A stretch of DNA of 64,000 nucleotides from Eledone cirrhosa (Eukaryota). A program made the position numbers and the translations under genes. Each line of letters begins with the position of its first letter. The first letter of the stretch is position 1. Under the pieces are notes generated by a model. That model made no database searches. It worked only from the letters and a program-made list of their open reading frames with translations, and was not told the DNA's origin. Shown here in pieces: positions 1 through 13,800 of the stretch. The stretch covers positions 868,001 to 932,000 of the forward strand of contig OZ024753.1 in assembly GCA_964016885.1 (NCBI GenBank), in the 5' to 3' direction.

Positions 1-166
1 GTTAAAACTATACTATACTGTAATGTTAAAACTGTACTATACTGTAATGTTAAAACTGTACTATACTGTAATGTTAAAACTGTACTATACTGTAATGTTA
101 AAACTGTACTATACTGTAATGTTAAAACTGTACTATACTGTCTGTAATGTTAAAACTGTACTATAC
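1..166. repeat. 24-bp minisatellite (gttaaaactgtactatactgtaat), about 7 copies, runs off the window start
   Basis: Direct tandem repeat visible in the sequence. Confidence 0.95.
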
Positions 167-654
167 TGACGATCTTACCCTGTGCCCCTGGATAAGTGGT
201 AGGTGTCTCAGTCAGTGACTCTTTTGCGTCTTCCCACATCCGGGATTCTGTGGTTAGGGTGAGAGCTACTGCTTCCATAGCCGAAAGGAACAAAATTATG
301 AAATACTGAGATCTGTAGGTTAACTACCTTTTCCAGCCAGTGGCGGTCGAGACGTTTGGGGAAGTTGGACCGCTAACTGCGAGGTTCTTGTCTTCACTGG
401 CGGTTCGCATAACCGAAGTAACCAGTGGTGGTTGTGAGGGTGCTTGGCTGTTTCAGCGCATCAGCCACGCCATCACCCGAAGTAACGCTGCTAACTTGCC
501 TAAAAAAATATTAGAGAGGTCCCAGTGCTCCTCGCGATATCGTTATCTTTTGTTCTGGCAGCTGTTCGTTTGTCTACTCCTTTCAGTGTTTTTATTTTGT
601 AATATTATTTATACAATTGTGAATAAAATTAAAAAATATATCATTATTTTTTTC
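167..654 (+). mobile_element. 5'-truncated CRE-like (restriction-like endonuclease) non-LTR retrotransposon 3' end
   Basis: Degenerate translation (D)xLTLCPW...AERNKIMKY...PVAVETFGEVGP...GAWLFQRISHAITRSNAA; its 3' UTR is shared with copies at 1.4, 61.7 and 63.4 kb; flanked by an imperfect ~34-bp direct repeat (133-166 / 655-688). Confidence 0.75.
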
Positions 655-1269
655 CTATACTGTCTTTAAAGTTAAAACTGTACTATACGATACGATCTTT
701 AAGAATATACTTCTATCAACAAAGAAATGTGTTTAAAACAAAAAAGTTCAATGAAAAATAGATCTTCCGTTACCTTATTACTCGATGACGATGTGTAAAT
801 ACATACAGGTGTCGTGTTCCATGTAGTTATAGTCAAAAGAAATGTCAGTTTTCATATAGATCTCTTTCGACAGACGACAGAATAAATGTCGTTTTCAATG
901 TATTTGGTGTATTATTATTGTTACTCATTGCTTAGCAACGACACCATTCAAAACATCCGTCATATTTTATCAATATATCCCAGAAATCATCGATATTTGT
1001 AGTTAGCAAGGGACAGAGGAAGCGAGAAATACTTGCTAGTGACATGAATGTGTAGTTAATGTGTAGTTAATTCGTATGTCACACGTTTTACTTTACATAC
1101 AAACAACTGATTGAATTTTATTTACCCATTAACATAATTTATATAATGAATATGATATACAAAAGAAAATTATCAATAAAATTAATCAGAGAGAAAAAAG
1201 AAAGAAAATATAAACAGGAGAATTCTACTGATGTTTAATAAAGTAAATGTAAAAATGTTTATTTTACAC

Positions 1270-2112
1270 AGCATATAAATAAATTTACACATAAATAACA
1301 TTACAAATGCTTAGATAACATTACAAATTGCTCGCAATTCTTTCAGAAAGATATATTCCTTTAATGTTGCAATATTAAAGAAAATGTAAAGGAAGTCGTG
1401 AACAACCGAGCCAACACCAGAGCAAAAGACAGCAGCTTCGCGAGGAGTACTGGGCAACCTCTCTAATAATTTTTGAGTCAAGTCAGCACACTCGTAGCGT
1501 TGCCTCGGGTGATGGCGAGGCTAATGCGCTGGAACAACCAAGCGCCCTCGCGAGCTTCGCCAGTTGCCTCTATTAAGCGAGCCACTCCAACTCGTGGGGC
1601 TCACACACGCGGCTGACCAGCTCAGCGCCTTTGGTGGTGAGTAAGGAGGTAGCCCTGGGGCCGAGGACACCAGAAGTCTCCCCTGCCAGCGGTACGACCG
1701 CAAACCTGTCGGAGAGCGACCGGTATTTGAGGAGTTTGGCCCCCTCAGCCCGACGTGCAGCAGAACTTGGGTCAGTCACAGACTGCACCAGGTTGCGGCT
1801 GCAGAAAGTGTCGGTGCAAGTGGCATCCCAGACGAGGATGTTTGCCACCGCGGAACGGGAAGATGATCATGCCATCTGGCCTTTTGCCGTCCCCTCGATC
1901 CAGCCCCACCGGCTCGAGCTGGGAAGGAAAGCCTGCAGCATTCAAACCATGCTTAATGACCTCGTTGAGGACAGCATGGCGTAGAATGCGGCCGGCACTG
2001 TGGCGACAAGAAAGCGCGTGGAGGCCGAAAGAGTCCACGGTGGAACCGCAGCGACATTAGTGTGGCTGGCAGATTCGGAGGCCGAGCCTCGGGGAAACGC
2101 CGATGCGCAGGC
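1270..2112 (-). mobile_element. CRE-like non-LTR retrotransposon fragment (CCHC knuckle + RLE nuclease), frameshifted
   Basis: [17 protein letters not shown] (CCHC), [39 protein letters not shown] motifs across ORFs 1772-2038 and 1573-1848; the 5' end abuts (TA)n. Confidence 0.85.
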
Positions 2113-2115
2113 TAT

Positions 2116-2206
<91 letters not shown>

Positions 2207-2209
2207 ATG

Positions 2210-2345
2210 TAAAAGGTAAACAGAAATAACAACACAATCGGTACAGTATATGGAAGAAATATATTAGGTTAACGCTTGAAATAGCAGGTAGAGGGTCTTA
2301 ACATTTCGGACGCTAGTCCTTCACCAGAAGAAAGAATGAGAAATT
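2210..2345 (-). mobile_element. Short Penelope pLTR-like repeat with a near-canonical hammerhead (2296-2331)
   Basis: Minus strand reads tctt CTGGTGA a ggac tagc gtcc GAAA tg TT aaga; a homologous copy lies at 33150-33292 (+). Confidence 0.55.
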
Positions 2346-2506
2346 AGAAAGATTGAAGGGATAGGCGGTGTGAAAAAATGTTTGGCAAATTGTAATATGG
2401 TTAGGGTTAAAAGACGAGCTAAACATACAGAGAATAAAAAAATTGAACAGAGAAGAAAAATATTGAGTATCATGGATATTTATCACGAATATGTTCCAAT
2501 AATTTT

Positions 2507-3382
2507 TCAATAGCATGGATAGTGATTACGAATGTGTTCCAATAATTTTTCGAAAATTTCATCCTTAAATTCATACCGCCACATGAATTCGATCAGATCT
2601 CTTCTGTCACAATTCTTAACATGTTCCAACAAACATTCGATGTGGTTAGTTGTGGCAAATGTTACGGGATCAACAAAATTCATAGAATGGTTTGCGGTCA
2701 AATTTTGATAGCCTGGCTGATTAAGCGTATCATAGGAGCGCCAAAGGTCCGAAATTATTGTGGTACCAGGCAATATACGATCTTGTATAATTGCTAAAAG
2801 CGTGTCTGCTGTGCGGTCTACCACTGCCACTAAAATACTTCTTCTGGTATCTCTTTCCAAAGCACCAAACACCCATTGTGTTTTAATCTCATAGCCAACA
2901 TTGAATTTTCTTCTGACGAAGGCGCTCTCGTAAATCTCAACAATTCGGTTTGGCCCCCCAATCTGAATGTTTTGGGCCACATAATATTCGGCGCATATAC
3001 CACGGCAAAAGTTACACCAATCCGCTACGGCCTCCTTCGCAATACCACATTCTTGTGAAATTCCCTTTGCTAAACTTTCATTTGCCCAAAAATACAATAT
3101 GTCAACTATTTGCTGACACTTCAATTTGCTATTTTCTAGAAATGTTCCTTTTCTAATAGACACATTCTTTCTACATGGCCTTCCACATGACCAGATAATG
3201 CCATCTGTCAAATTTTTTTTCTCTATTTCCCTCATCGGTTGACCACATGCAGGGCAGTCCTTGTGAGTATTTAGAAGGCCATGTTGTTTGAGCCAATTAA
3301 TGCAATCTGCTGTAGTAGCGGTAGCGACGACAATATCACGATGCGTAATTTTATTTACGCTGGGGTATAAATTATTACTCAT
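2507..3382 (-). mobile_element. Merlin / IS1595(ISXO2)-family DDE transposase ORF, probably inactive
   Basis: N-terminal CPAC...WSC.RPC zinc ribbon, SIRKGTF, IGGPNRIVEIYES (first catalytic D is Y), QWVFG, PGTTIISDLWRSY, NHSMNFVDP, TNHIE, EFMWR; intronless; ATG at 3382. Confidence 0.9.
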
Positions 3383-4319
3383 TCTAGTTTTCAAGTTGAA
3401 CAGATGGTCAATAGATAAGACGAAAGTCTATTTTTCATACTATGTACAATTCCATGTATTATATCTTTCACTTTACGGATATAAACGACGGGAGGAACTA
3501 TATGCAGGGTTCACCGCTTGCTGAAACGTAAACTTTCTCTTTTGACAGACAAAAACAAACCAATGCTCTTAATTCCATTCTAAAGCTGTTTCTCTTTTTT
3601 TCTTTTGCCTGGAATCCCATTTCATCCTATTTGTTAAAATAAAATAAAAATTCAATTCAAATTCCAACTGTTTTTTTTTTTCGATCTTTCAATCCATAGT
3701 TGAATCACATCCACCTAGTAGTTGAATCCCGTCGAAATTCTTCTTGCTCTGTTGAAATTACTCCACTAAAATCAGTTTGACAAACTCATTAATAACACTT
3801 TTCTCTTTTTTTTAAAGACAAAAAAAAAAAAAAAAAAAAAGAATCCTTGACCTTACGTCGTTTTTCTATTTCATTCCTCTCTCTAAGCAATTTCCATATG
3901 TAATTTATAATATCATCGCTAGTGAAGAAATTCAGTTTCTTAATCCTGCATTTGTTTTACTATTGCACTGGCGGTAATATTTACAATCGTTCGCTGAGTG
4001 AGTTATATGATTTCATATGACAATTAGCATCGAATAAATTAACTGAATTGAAGTTTGTAAAAGAGGTGTTTATAGATATCTGGGCACTACCATGGTATTA
4101 GCTGTCAGAAGTGAAAGTAGAAGAAGGTGACGTCAATCTGACGTCATTCGTCAACCTTCTCAATCGTCAACCTTCGTTTATTTCCGTATCACCACGCGTT
4201 TATTTATGTTTCTTTACGGTTAGGATTAGGGTTGGGGTATGGTTTGGGTTAGTGTTAGGGTTGTAACAGCTAGTGTAGTTTTTAATGCACATGTTAAATA
4301 AGATTGTATATTATCGTTT

Positions 4320-4465
4320 GGACGGTGGATTGGCAGTATCGACAGATTGCCTTTCATTCTTGCGGGATCGATAAAATAAAGTACCAGTCACGAACCGGGG
4401 TCGATTTAGTCGACTATCCCCTTCCCTTCAAATTGCTGGCCTTGTGCCACATGTAGAAACAATTA
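4320..4465 (+). mobile_element. tRNA-derived SINE family A, internally deleted copy
   Basis: Matches the core ttgcctttcatcc..gtcgataaaataaagtaccag and the tail ttgctggccttgtgcc of about 20 other copies. Confidence 0.8.
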
Positions 4466-4861
4466 AATTGAATGCTAAAACAAAACCACAACTATTATGT
4501 TTAACAAAATGTTATTTTACTTTATTTAAAACAGGCTGTGAAAAGATGAAGGGAGCATAACTTGTTAATTTATTTATCTGAAATTCCGCCCTCTTTTTGG
4601 CAAATAAAAAAGAAGAAAAGAAAAAGACAGGGATCTGTATAATCTCTTTAATCACTGATATCATTTTCAGATAAACTGTTAGACCAAAGTACACTGTTTT
4701 ACTGATTTCACTACGACAACCTGCATACGATCTACCCCTTTGACTTTTAGAGGGTCGCAAAGCTAATAGCTTACGTTGCTTTGGTCTAAGACAAACGAAA
4801 ACCAAAACAAGGAAAAAAGAATAGACCAAACAAATAAACAGAAACTACCTTCGGCATAAAT

Positions 4862-7800
4862 ATGAAAATTATAATCATTGGTTCCGTGCTTGTAGCTATT
4901 ATAGCGATATATAGCTACTATAGCCAATACCGAGAAATCAAAAACTTGCCGAAATTCATCGATGGTTTCGTTGACCCACGATTTAAGCAAGTAGAGGATG
5001 CATTCAGGTAAGACCCAATACTTTGAATTCTACTGTCAACGAGTTTAAAACCCACACTGTTACCTTTTATACTGGTTAAACTTAAATTAATCGACGAGAG
5101 TTAGTGTTCTTTGATCTATATTATTACTACTAATACAATCCCGAGCTAATAAGAAATACATCTCTACGTACACGTTCTGGAAATAGCAGCCAGTTTTTCC
5201 TCAAATTACGTGCCCTCTTGTGAGAGATATTATATGTTTGTGGCAGAAGAAAAAAAAAAGAACCAGAATGAACACAGCTAGAGCGCCTATAATCAGCTAA
5301 TCGGGATTTACTGATAAATAACATCTACTATTGCTACTACGCCAATGCTTCGGAAACGCTCGCCCTGCTTGAAACAATAACCAAACACTCTCAAATCACA
5401 CGTCTTATTGTCTTAGGTTAGAACAAGGCCGATTTCTTCCAGAGAACGAGAGAAAGTGGTAAAGAGAGATAGAAGAATCTACTCCATCCAAAAGGATGAA
5501 AGGCAAAGTTGACTTCGGTGGGATATGAATTCAGAGGGCAGAGAGCTGCATTTTTTTTATCCAACACCCATAGGACTCTGCCATTTTATCCGATACCCAT
5601 AGGACTCTGTCATCTTTATCTGACACCCATAGGACTCTGACATTTTGCCAGCTTCTATAGTTCTGGGGTGATCTGGATCCCCAATACAAATTAACAAAAA
5701 TCAATGACAACTACTAGTTTTCGGACTGTGTGTGGTGTGGACTTTAGCTTGATAGAACTCAACGATGGCTCTGTTTATCACAACTGCATGAATAGTATCT
5801 ACAAAAATAACAATAACAATAATAATAATAATTGTTTCTACTTTTGGTACAAGGCCAGCAATTACCCAGTACATTACTGGTACTTTATTGGATATAAGTG
5901 GAAACAAAAAGCTGCAATTAAAATGTTTGCAAAAAAAATGTATATTTGTTTTACTAATTACAGCGTATATATACTGTTCATATTACTGGCAGTATACAAT
6001 AATACTAAATGTAAGTATAGAATGTTAAAATATCTTGTGTTGAAGTATAACCTTATTGCACATAGACTTTAGTAACTCATTAAATTCTATATTAAATGAA
6101 TTTCCACTAATAAAATAAGTCATATTTATTTTTTAAAAAGATAATATATTAGTGCAACTTTATTCAATGTGAGCCTTGTGTTGATGCTGCTCTGCTAGTT
6201 TGGCAATATTCGGCTCCAAGGGCAGTGTATTGATAGTATCGGTAGAGCGTCAGAGAACATGCTTTGTGACATTAAGTTACGCCCTTTATGATCTGAGTTC
6301 AAATCCTGCTGTGGTTAGCTTTGCCTTTCATCCTATGTGGTCGATAAAATAAAGCACCAGTAATGCACTGGGGTCGATTTTAATCGACTTACCCCTCTCC
6401 CAAATTGCTGCCTATAGTAGAAATTATACTGAAATAAATGATGTATATGAAATTACAGAATAGCAAAGTTCAGATTTTTTACGAAACAAATATGCTGACA
6501 ATATAGTTTGCTTGAATTTTCAAACACAAATACCACAGTTGTCAACATTCCACTCATATCTCTATTATTTAGTTACATAAATATTTCACATGGAGATATA
6601 GAATCAAAATGAAAGAGAGTATTATGTCAACTCTTAGTATGTCAATTGGTCACACACAAGAGAGGCAGGAGCCTTACTCTAATACTGTTTGAGGCAAGCC
6701 AAACACACTGGCAGAATTATCACAAGTATTAGTGAGGCTAGGGTACAGGAACAAACAAGCATCACCTGCTACTTCAATAAGGTGAGCTGCCAACGATAAC
6801 ATGGACTTCATTGTCAGTGGCTCAGCTCCTCCAAACATCCCAAACGCCATGGGAGATAATTCTTTAACAGGAGATAACTCTGTTAAATTCACTATTCAAT
6901 AACATGAGTACCAGATTAAGTATCATCGGACAGGCTGTGGCGATTGGAAGTGTGCACCAATATAGCTACAATGGCTAAAACCAATAAAACAATTGAAATA
7001 ATCCAACTTTTTGTTGTTTTTTCTTGTTTCTATTTTTATAGAGAAAATGTCAACAATGAACTCGAGCTTGGCGGTTCCTTTGCTGCCTATTATAAAGGAG
7101 AGTTGGTAGTTGACCTATGGGGTGGCTATGCAAATACAGAATCACCTTGGAGAAATGACACACTGGCTATTATATTCTCCACTTCCAAAGGAGTGGCTGC
7201 AATATTACTGGCTAAATTTGTAGAGAAGTAAGTATCTATTTCAGACATTTCACAATCGAGAATAAATTTGTTTACAGTGAGAGAAAAGTGGAGAATTAGA
7301 AGACTTGTAAGACTGTCAAATAGAATGTTTTGTGTTATTAGGGTTCCTTTTTCTCTGTGATCTGGATAGTCATGGTTGGAATGCCTTCAATCATAAGTCT
7401 AACTCATTATGGTTGATTTGAGGTTTAATGATGTGTCTTGTAGTTGGTTGAACAACAGAATGATTTGTTCATGAAATTAATGGGGATGTTGATCAGCAGT
7501 CCATTGACACATGTACTCTTAACATACTTCTCAAGGAGATTCAGAATGTGACAAAGTTGGCCCTTTGAATTACAAGTACAGTTCACCCAACAGTCTTCCA
7601 AGCAGTCTGCATCTACCCAGTTTCATGGACAAGGCAATGGTAAACCCAGGAGCTAATGATTGTGAAATGATCTTCTCAACTATTCAGTGACCAACAAGTT
7701 GTAACTTCGAACAAGACCGCAAAAGCATTCCCATGGACAATGGCCAGCAACAGCCACCCCACCCCACCAGGCTCCTTCTTCAGATGGACTACTGACATTC

Positions 7801-10800
7801 CGATCTTGTGGAGGAACTCAGCAGTATAGGGTTCAAATATGCCTGAGCTCTCGATGGCGACCAGTGTGAAGAGTAAGTGGCCAGACAATCCCCAGTATTT
7901 GTTTGTCGTCCTTTCCTCTGCATTGCAGGCTACATCCAGTGTCCAACAAGCTGTAACTTCTCGACTATTCAACTATCCTGTGTCCAAGTTGTAACAGCAA
8001 AAAGTAAATAATCAGAAATATCTGTTAACATAGTTATATTGTTGTTATTATTATTTCAGAGGTTATATCGATTATAAACAGAAAGTAAGTTACTACTGGC
8101 CAGAATTTGCTCAGAATGGTAAAGAACACATTACAGTTGAGCTATTGGTTAGCCACAGGGTAAGTTTTTATATCTAGCTAGACATTCTGTTGGATCACCA
8201 AAAGGTTTCATAGTTACTAAGAAAGTTATATTTTTATATTTATTCATCATCATCATCATTTAACATGTTTTCTTTTCTAGCAAGGGTTGACATGAAACTG
8301 GTCAGTATTGGAGCAACCTCACAGATTGGTTGAGTGAGGCTGCATCCAATTTCTCCTGAGGGCTTAGATGAGCCTGGGCCACACATATTGTTCACATATG
8401 TTCTTTCACTTTACCAGGTACATTTTATCAAGACACCAGCACTAGGAAGGTTGTCAGATTTTTGACAGCTAAAAAGTCACCCTACTCTTTGTTTGGCAGG
8501 TTTTCTACTGCTGGTTACCCTTCCTACAGCAATTGGTGAGCAATATTAGTTACAAATTTCCATTAAAGTAATCAAGAGAAACAAGGGAGTGTCTATTGAG
8601 TAATGATACTCCAAAGACCCTTCGGACAAACCCCATTTTAGTTGCTTGTATTCGTAATCGTATTATTTCGATCATTACCCAAGATTCATGACCATAGGAA
8701 TAGCGAATTGAAGATAGCGAGTTTGACTTTTACACCTATCTCCCTTCTTCTGAATGCTGAAGCTGGCGCATTACTGCACCAGCTCCTGCAGTTCTTCTAT
8801 TTAATTCAGTCTCCTGCCTTACATCACTTGTGAACATGGCTCAGAGATACTTGAACTTCTCTACCTGCTTCAGTGGAACTCCATTTACATGCAGAGTGCA
8901 CTGCGCAAGCTTCCTTGAGGAGATGAGCATCTCAGTTTTTGCAGCAGGGATTTTCATTCCAGCCATGCAACACTCAGCATCAAACCTATCGATATACATA
9001 TGTATCATCAACATTATCTCCATTTAATATCCATTTTTCCATGCTAACTTGGTTTAGACAAATTGTCCTGTTGTGAGACAATTCAGATCAGGTGACTATA
9101 TTTTTTCTCATGCAGAACTGTTTCTGGCTTGGATGCCCTTCTCGCTGGATGCCCTTCCTATTGACAACCACATTACACCATGGACTGGGTGCTTCTTATT
9201 GTGGCACCAAAACAACCAATTGACAGTTTGGATTGGGTACTTTTTCATTGTCACCTGCATGACCACCTCACATATATATTAAGTGTTCCTGGTATGGAGA
9301 CCACATATGATGGTAGTACTGAATGCATGTTTAGGTAGTGAGTTGGTATAGTACACCCTAATTTTCAATGAAACACTTTCAGAATTAGGAAAATGTTTAT
9401 GTAAAAAGACATCCTGAAATACGTTCATTGTAAAAGAATCTTCTTCTTCTCTTCTTACTCTTGCTCAATGAAGCCTGGGTCATCTTAAACTAACGATCCC
9501 AAAGGTTTGTCGTGTGTAGAGCTAACCAAGTCCACCAGTGCCCTCCATCATTAGTGATCTCATGCCAGCTCCTCTGCATCTTCCAAGGTGATGTCGAGCC
9601 TCCAGAGATCTTCCCTGATGATATCCAGCCATCTGGTGTGGGGCCTGTCACAGTGCCTCTTCCAGCCTGCAGCTGGAGTCCCCACCTAAAATGTTCTGAA
9701 GTTCCATTCCCCCTCAAGCACTAAAGCCTGGCAATAGGCCTGCAGTGTATTTTGTTTAACCTTCAACTGAATCTACTGCCCACCTGTCCAACCAACATAT
9801 CAAAGAAGAAAAAAAACTGTCTTTAAAAATGTTAAAAAGTCACCAACTAACATTTGTTCTATCTTCACACCTGGTTTCTCTCTTTGTTTTAGGCAGGTCT
9901 AATTGCGTTTGATGAAACTTTGTCATTTTCCATGATGTCTACTGACTATGATAAGTTTGTCTCCATCCTTGCCAAACAGAAACCTTTGTGGACACCTGGT
10001 AATTATACTGCTTTCTATCCCTCCTCCTCCTCCTCACCTAAGTGATATTCAACACAGACACCTGGAAACAGAAACATACCTCCCACAAATCATTATCCAT
10101 TGTCTTAGAGAGGTGTAAGTGTGTAAGGTCGGAATTTATCAAATCGTCCCAGGTTTTTCTGGGTCTGCCTACTCCGTAACTTCTGTCAGTTATGATCGCC
10201 CTGCACTTTTTTATACAGCTGTCGTCTTTCATGCGCATCACGTGACCATACCAACGTAGTCTTCTCTCGAGTAAACATCATCTGATCCCTCTTATACCTA
10301 ATTTCTCACTTAGTTCATTTATGCTTTGCTGTTCCCGTATATTACTATTACACATCCAGCGGAGCATGCATGTATTTTTTTTTTTTGTCCTTGTAAATAG
10401 TTATTTCGCCAAAGTTACTCATACATTTAATCCTGTGTCATTTGTACATATATGCTGAACATTTATATAAGTATAGCTATAGGGTGGACATAGGGTTTAT
10501 ACATGGCTGTTTTGCTGGGGCAGCATTAGTCCACGCCTGTGGCATTTGAGACGTTTGATAGAGTTGGGCCACTGACAGTGAAGTTCTTGTCTTCAATGGC
10601 GGCTCTCCTTACTGAGGTGTCAGGTGATGCCCATGAGGGTGCCTGGTTATTTCAGCGCCTTAGCCTCGCCATCACCTGTGGTAATACTGCAAGCGTGTTG
10701 GCTTGCCTGAAAGTGTGCAGTTAACCCCCAAGGTGTGAGGTGCAGCCTATTGTCACACTTGGTGGTGAATTGCTCTCACCTCTTTTTTTTTTCCTTCCTT

Positions 10801-13800
10801 TTTTTCTCTTTCCTTTATCATTTTTTGTTCATAAATCTATATTATTGTGTTATACACAGTTTAGACATATCTGAACAAATTGAGAGCAATTTTTAATGTT
10901 ATTGTAAATGTTATATAAATGTAAATGTGGTTGGCGTTAGGAAGGGGATCCAGCCAGAAACACCCCTATATGAGCGAGACACAGTCACCCGACACAACTT
11001 GCCTCAAAATAGGACCCGTCTAACCCATGCTAGCGAGGAAGATGGACGTTAATTGATGATGATGCTGATAATGATTTACGTATTTGTTATGTTATTTATG
11101 TATACATTTAAAACATTTGCATCATTATTCTACTGTAATAACATTTATATACCTTCTATTGAATATACACACCTACAAAAAAAAAACTAATAATAAAGGA
11201 ACTAAAGCTGGATATCACTTGATGGCTTATGGTTTATACATTGATGTTTTGCTGGCCAAAGCTGATCCACATGGTCGTCCAATAGAGAAAATCTTCCGAG
11301 AAGAGATTTCAGAACCATATGGTATGTTACCTTTCTATTGATGATGTGTGTGTAGGTGATTGCATGTATGTGGGTAGGAAGGTGTGTAGATTGATGTGTT
11401 TGCGTGTGTGTGTGTGCATGTGTATGTGGGGGTGTCTATGTGATTATGTGTGTGCACCTGTGTGGGTGAGAAGGTGTTTAGATTGATGTGTTTTCATGTG
11501 CATGTGTGTGTCGGTGTCTGTGTGTATGTGCACATGTATGGGTGATTGCGTTTGTGAGTGTGTAATTGTGTATGTGTATGTGCTTGTGAGTCAATGTAAG
11601 GAACAATTATTAGGGTGTTAGATTGGCATAAGTGGTAGAGCATCAGATAAAATGCCATTGCAGTCTTAACATTTGAGTTCAAATCTCTCCAAGGTCAACT
11701 GTACCAGTCAAATACTAGGGTTAATTTAATCAATTTTGCTCATCTCCAGAATTCCATGGCCCTGTCCCGAAATTAACCCTTTAGCATTTACATTGAGCAT
11801 CGGACAACATGCTTAGCGGCATAGAGTTACGGCCCTTTGTGTCCTGGGTTCAAATCCCTCCAAGGTTAGCTTTGCCTTTCATCCTTACGGGGTCAATAAA
11901 ATAAAGTACCAGTCACGCACTGTAGTCGATTTAATCACCCCCCCCCCTTTCAAATTATTGGTCTTGTGCCTAAAGTAGAAATAGTTATTCTATATTTACT
12001 ATTGTATTTTCACATAATTATCTCACACAATATCGAATCTACAAGATTTTGATGTTATTTATCTTGAGAACAATACCTTAATGTAGATGTGAGCGGCCAG
12101 TTACAGCCAGTTTGAACAGAAAGAGGTGAAAGAGTTCTGGTCGGATATGGCAAGTTTAAATGCTAAAGTGTTAAAAATCAGTACATTTAAAAATGTTTGT
12201 ATTTTTTATTTACTTATCTAAATATATATACATTTTTTCACTTTACCAGGAATAGATTTTTACCAAGGGCTACCTTATGACGTACAATATAGAGCTGAAA
12301 CTAGAGTTTACATAAAATCTTTCTGGGACATATATCCTTCTGTTTTCTCAAACACATTCTTAAAACTGAAAATGTCAATGTGGTTCGACAAAAATCAATA
12401 TCTAGCAAAATGTATTTCGTCTTTTAAGGTGAGTTCATTATATTTAGATATTTTATATGGTGAGATTCATGGTGTGTTAGGGTAATCCAACATTTTGTAT
12501 GGTGTGTCTTGAATCATTCTGTGATTACCTCCTCATGTCAGGAAATCCTATCTTGTTGATATTTTGCTGTTCCATATTGTCACTGCTAGTGGACACAGTA
12601 TGGCCAAGTGGGTGAGGAATTCACTTCACAATCATTAGTTTCTAGGTTCAATTCCACTGCATTATATCTTGGACAAGTGTCACTACCCATATCCTCAGTG
12701 ATTTACCTATGCGTTGTGATTAAAATTGGCTAGATAGAAGTTATTTGGAGAACCGATAGATTGCAACTGTAATTTAAAGGCCAACCTTTTCACAAACTCT
12801 GTCACTGAATTTCTTTGAAAATTATGCTAAGGATTTATATGTCAGTAGAATGCTCAGCCGCCTACACGTTAATCTCGTGAACAAGCTGTTCTATTGATTG
12901 AACAACTGGAACAATTATCATTGAAATCAACCAAGGTACATTCCCAAAATTCCAATACTTTGTTTCAAACTACATGTATCCTATATGTACATATCCAGAT
13001 ATAGGATACATGATTGGAAATGAAACTAATCAAAACATTGTGTTGTAAATATTTTTAATACTATTTATTGATGGACGAACGGGCAATATCCATGAGTCTT
13101 TTCAAGGCATTTGAGACTGGTAGGTGGGAGGAAAGTATATTCAAACCTGAGAATTAGCCTGAATGCTTGTTACAGTGTAGGCTCTGATAACAGCACCCAA
13201 GGACCAGGTGGTGGTGCTACTCTAAGCAAAGGATCAAGTCTATCTACCTACCATCTAAATAGGCCACAACTGAATTTGAACAAGGATTTCTATTTTAGGC
13301 ACAAGGCCAATAATTCATGGGAGGGGGGGGGGTTACATTGGCCCAGTGCATGACTGGTACTTCATTTTATCAACCCACATAAGAATGAAAGACAAAGCTG
13401 ACATCAGTGAGATTTGAGCTCAGAACATAAAGGGTCATAACTAAATGCTGCAAAGCATTTTGTCTATTGCTTTAACAATGTTGACAATCCACCATCTTGG
13501 AATGAAAGGCAAAGTTAAAAAAAAAGTGTTTCATCTTTAACCTGTTAGCATTTACATTACTCTATATTTATTATTATATTTTCACGGTAAACACTTTATT
13601 TCACATAATATTGAATCTACAAGATTTTAATATTATTTATTTTGAGAACAATACCTTAACACAAGTATGTGCAGCTGGTTATGATTGGTTTGAACAGAAA
13701 GAGGTGAGAGAATTCTGGCTGGTTATGGCTGGTTTAAATGTTAAAGGGTTAATGAAAAGAGTGATAAAAATAATAATCTTCAAGAAGATTCATGTCTAAT

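Noticed and set aside
2507-3394. Bacterial IS1595 contamination
   Set aside because: It is embedded among host microsatellites and SINEs, and the motifs fit eukaryotic Merlin elements
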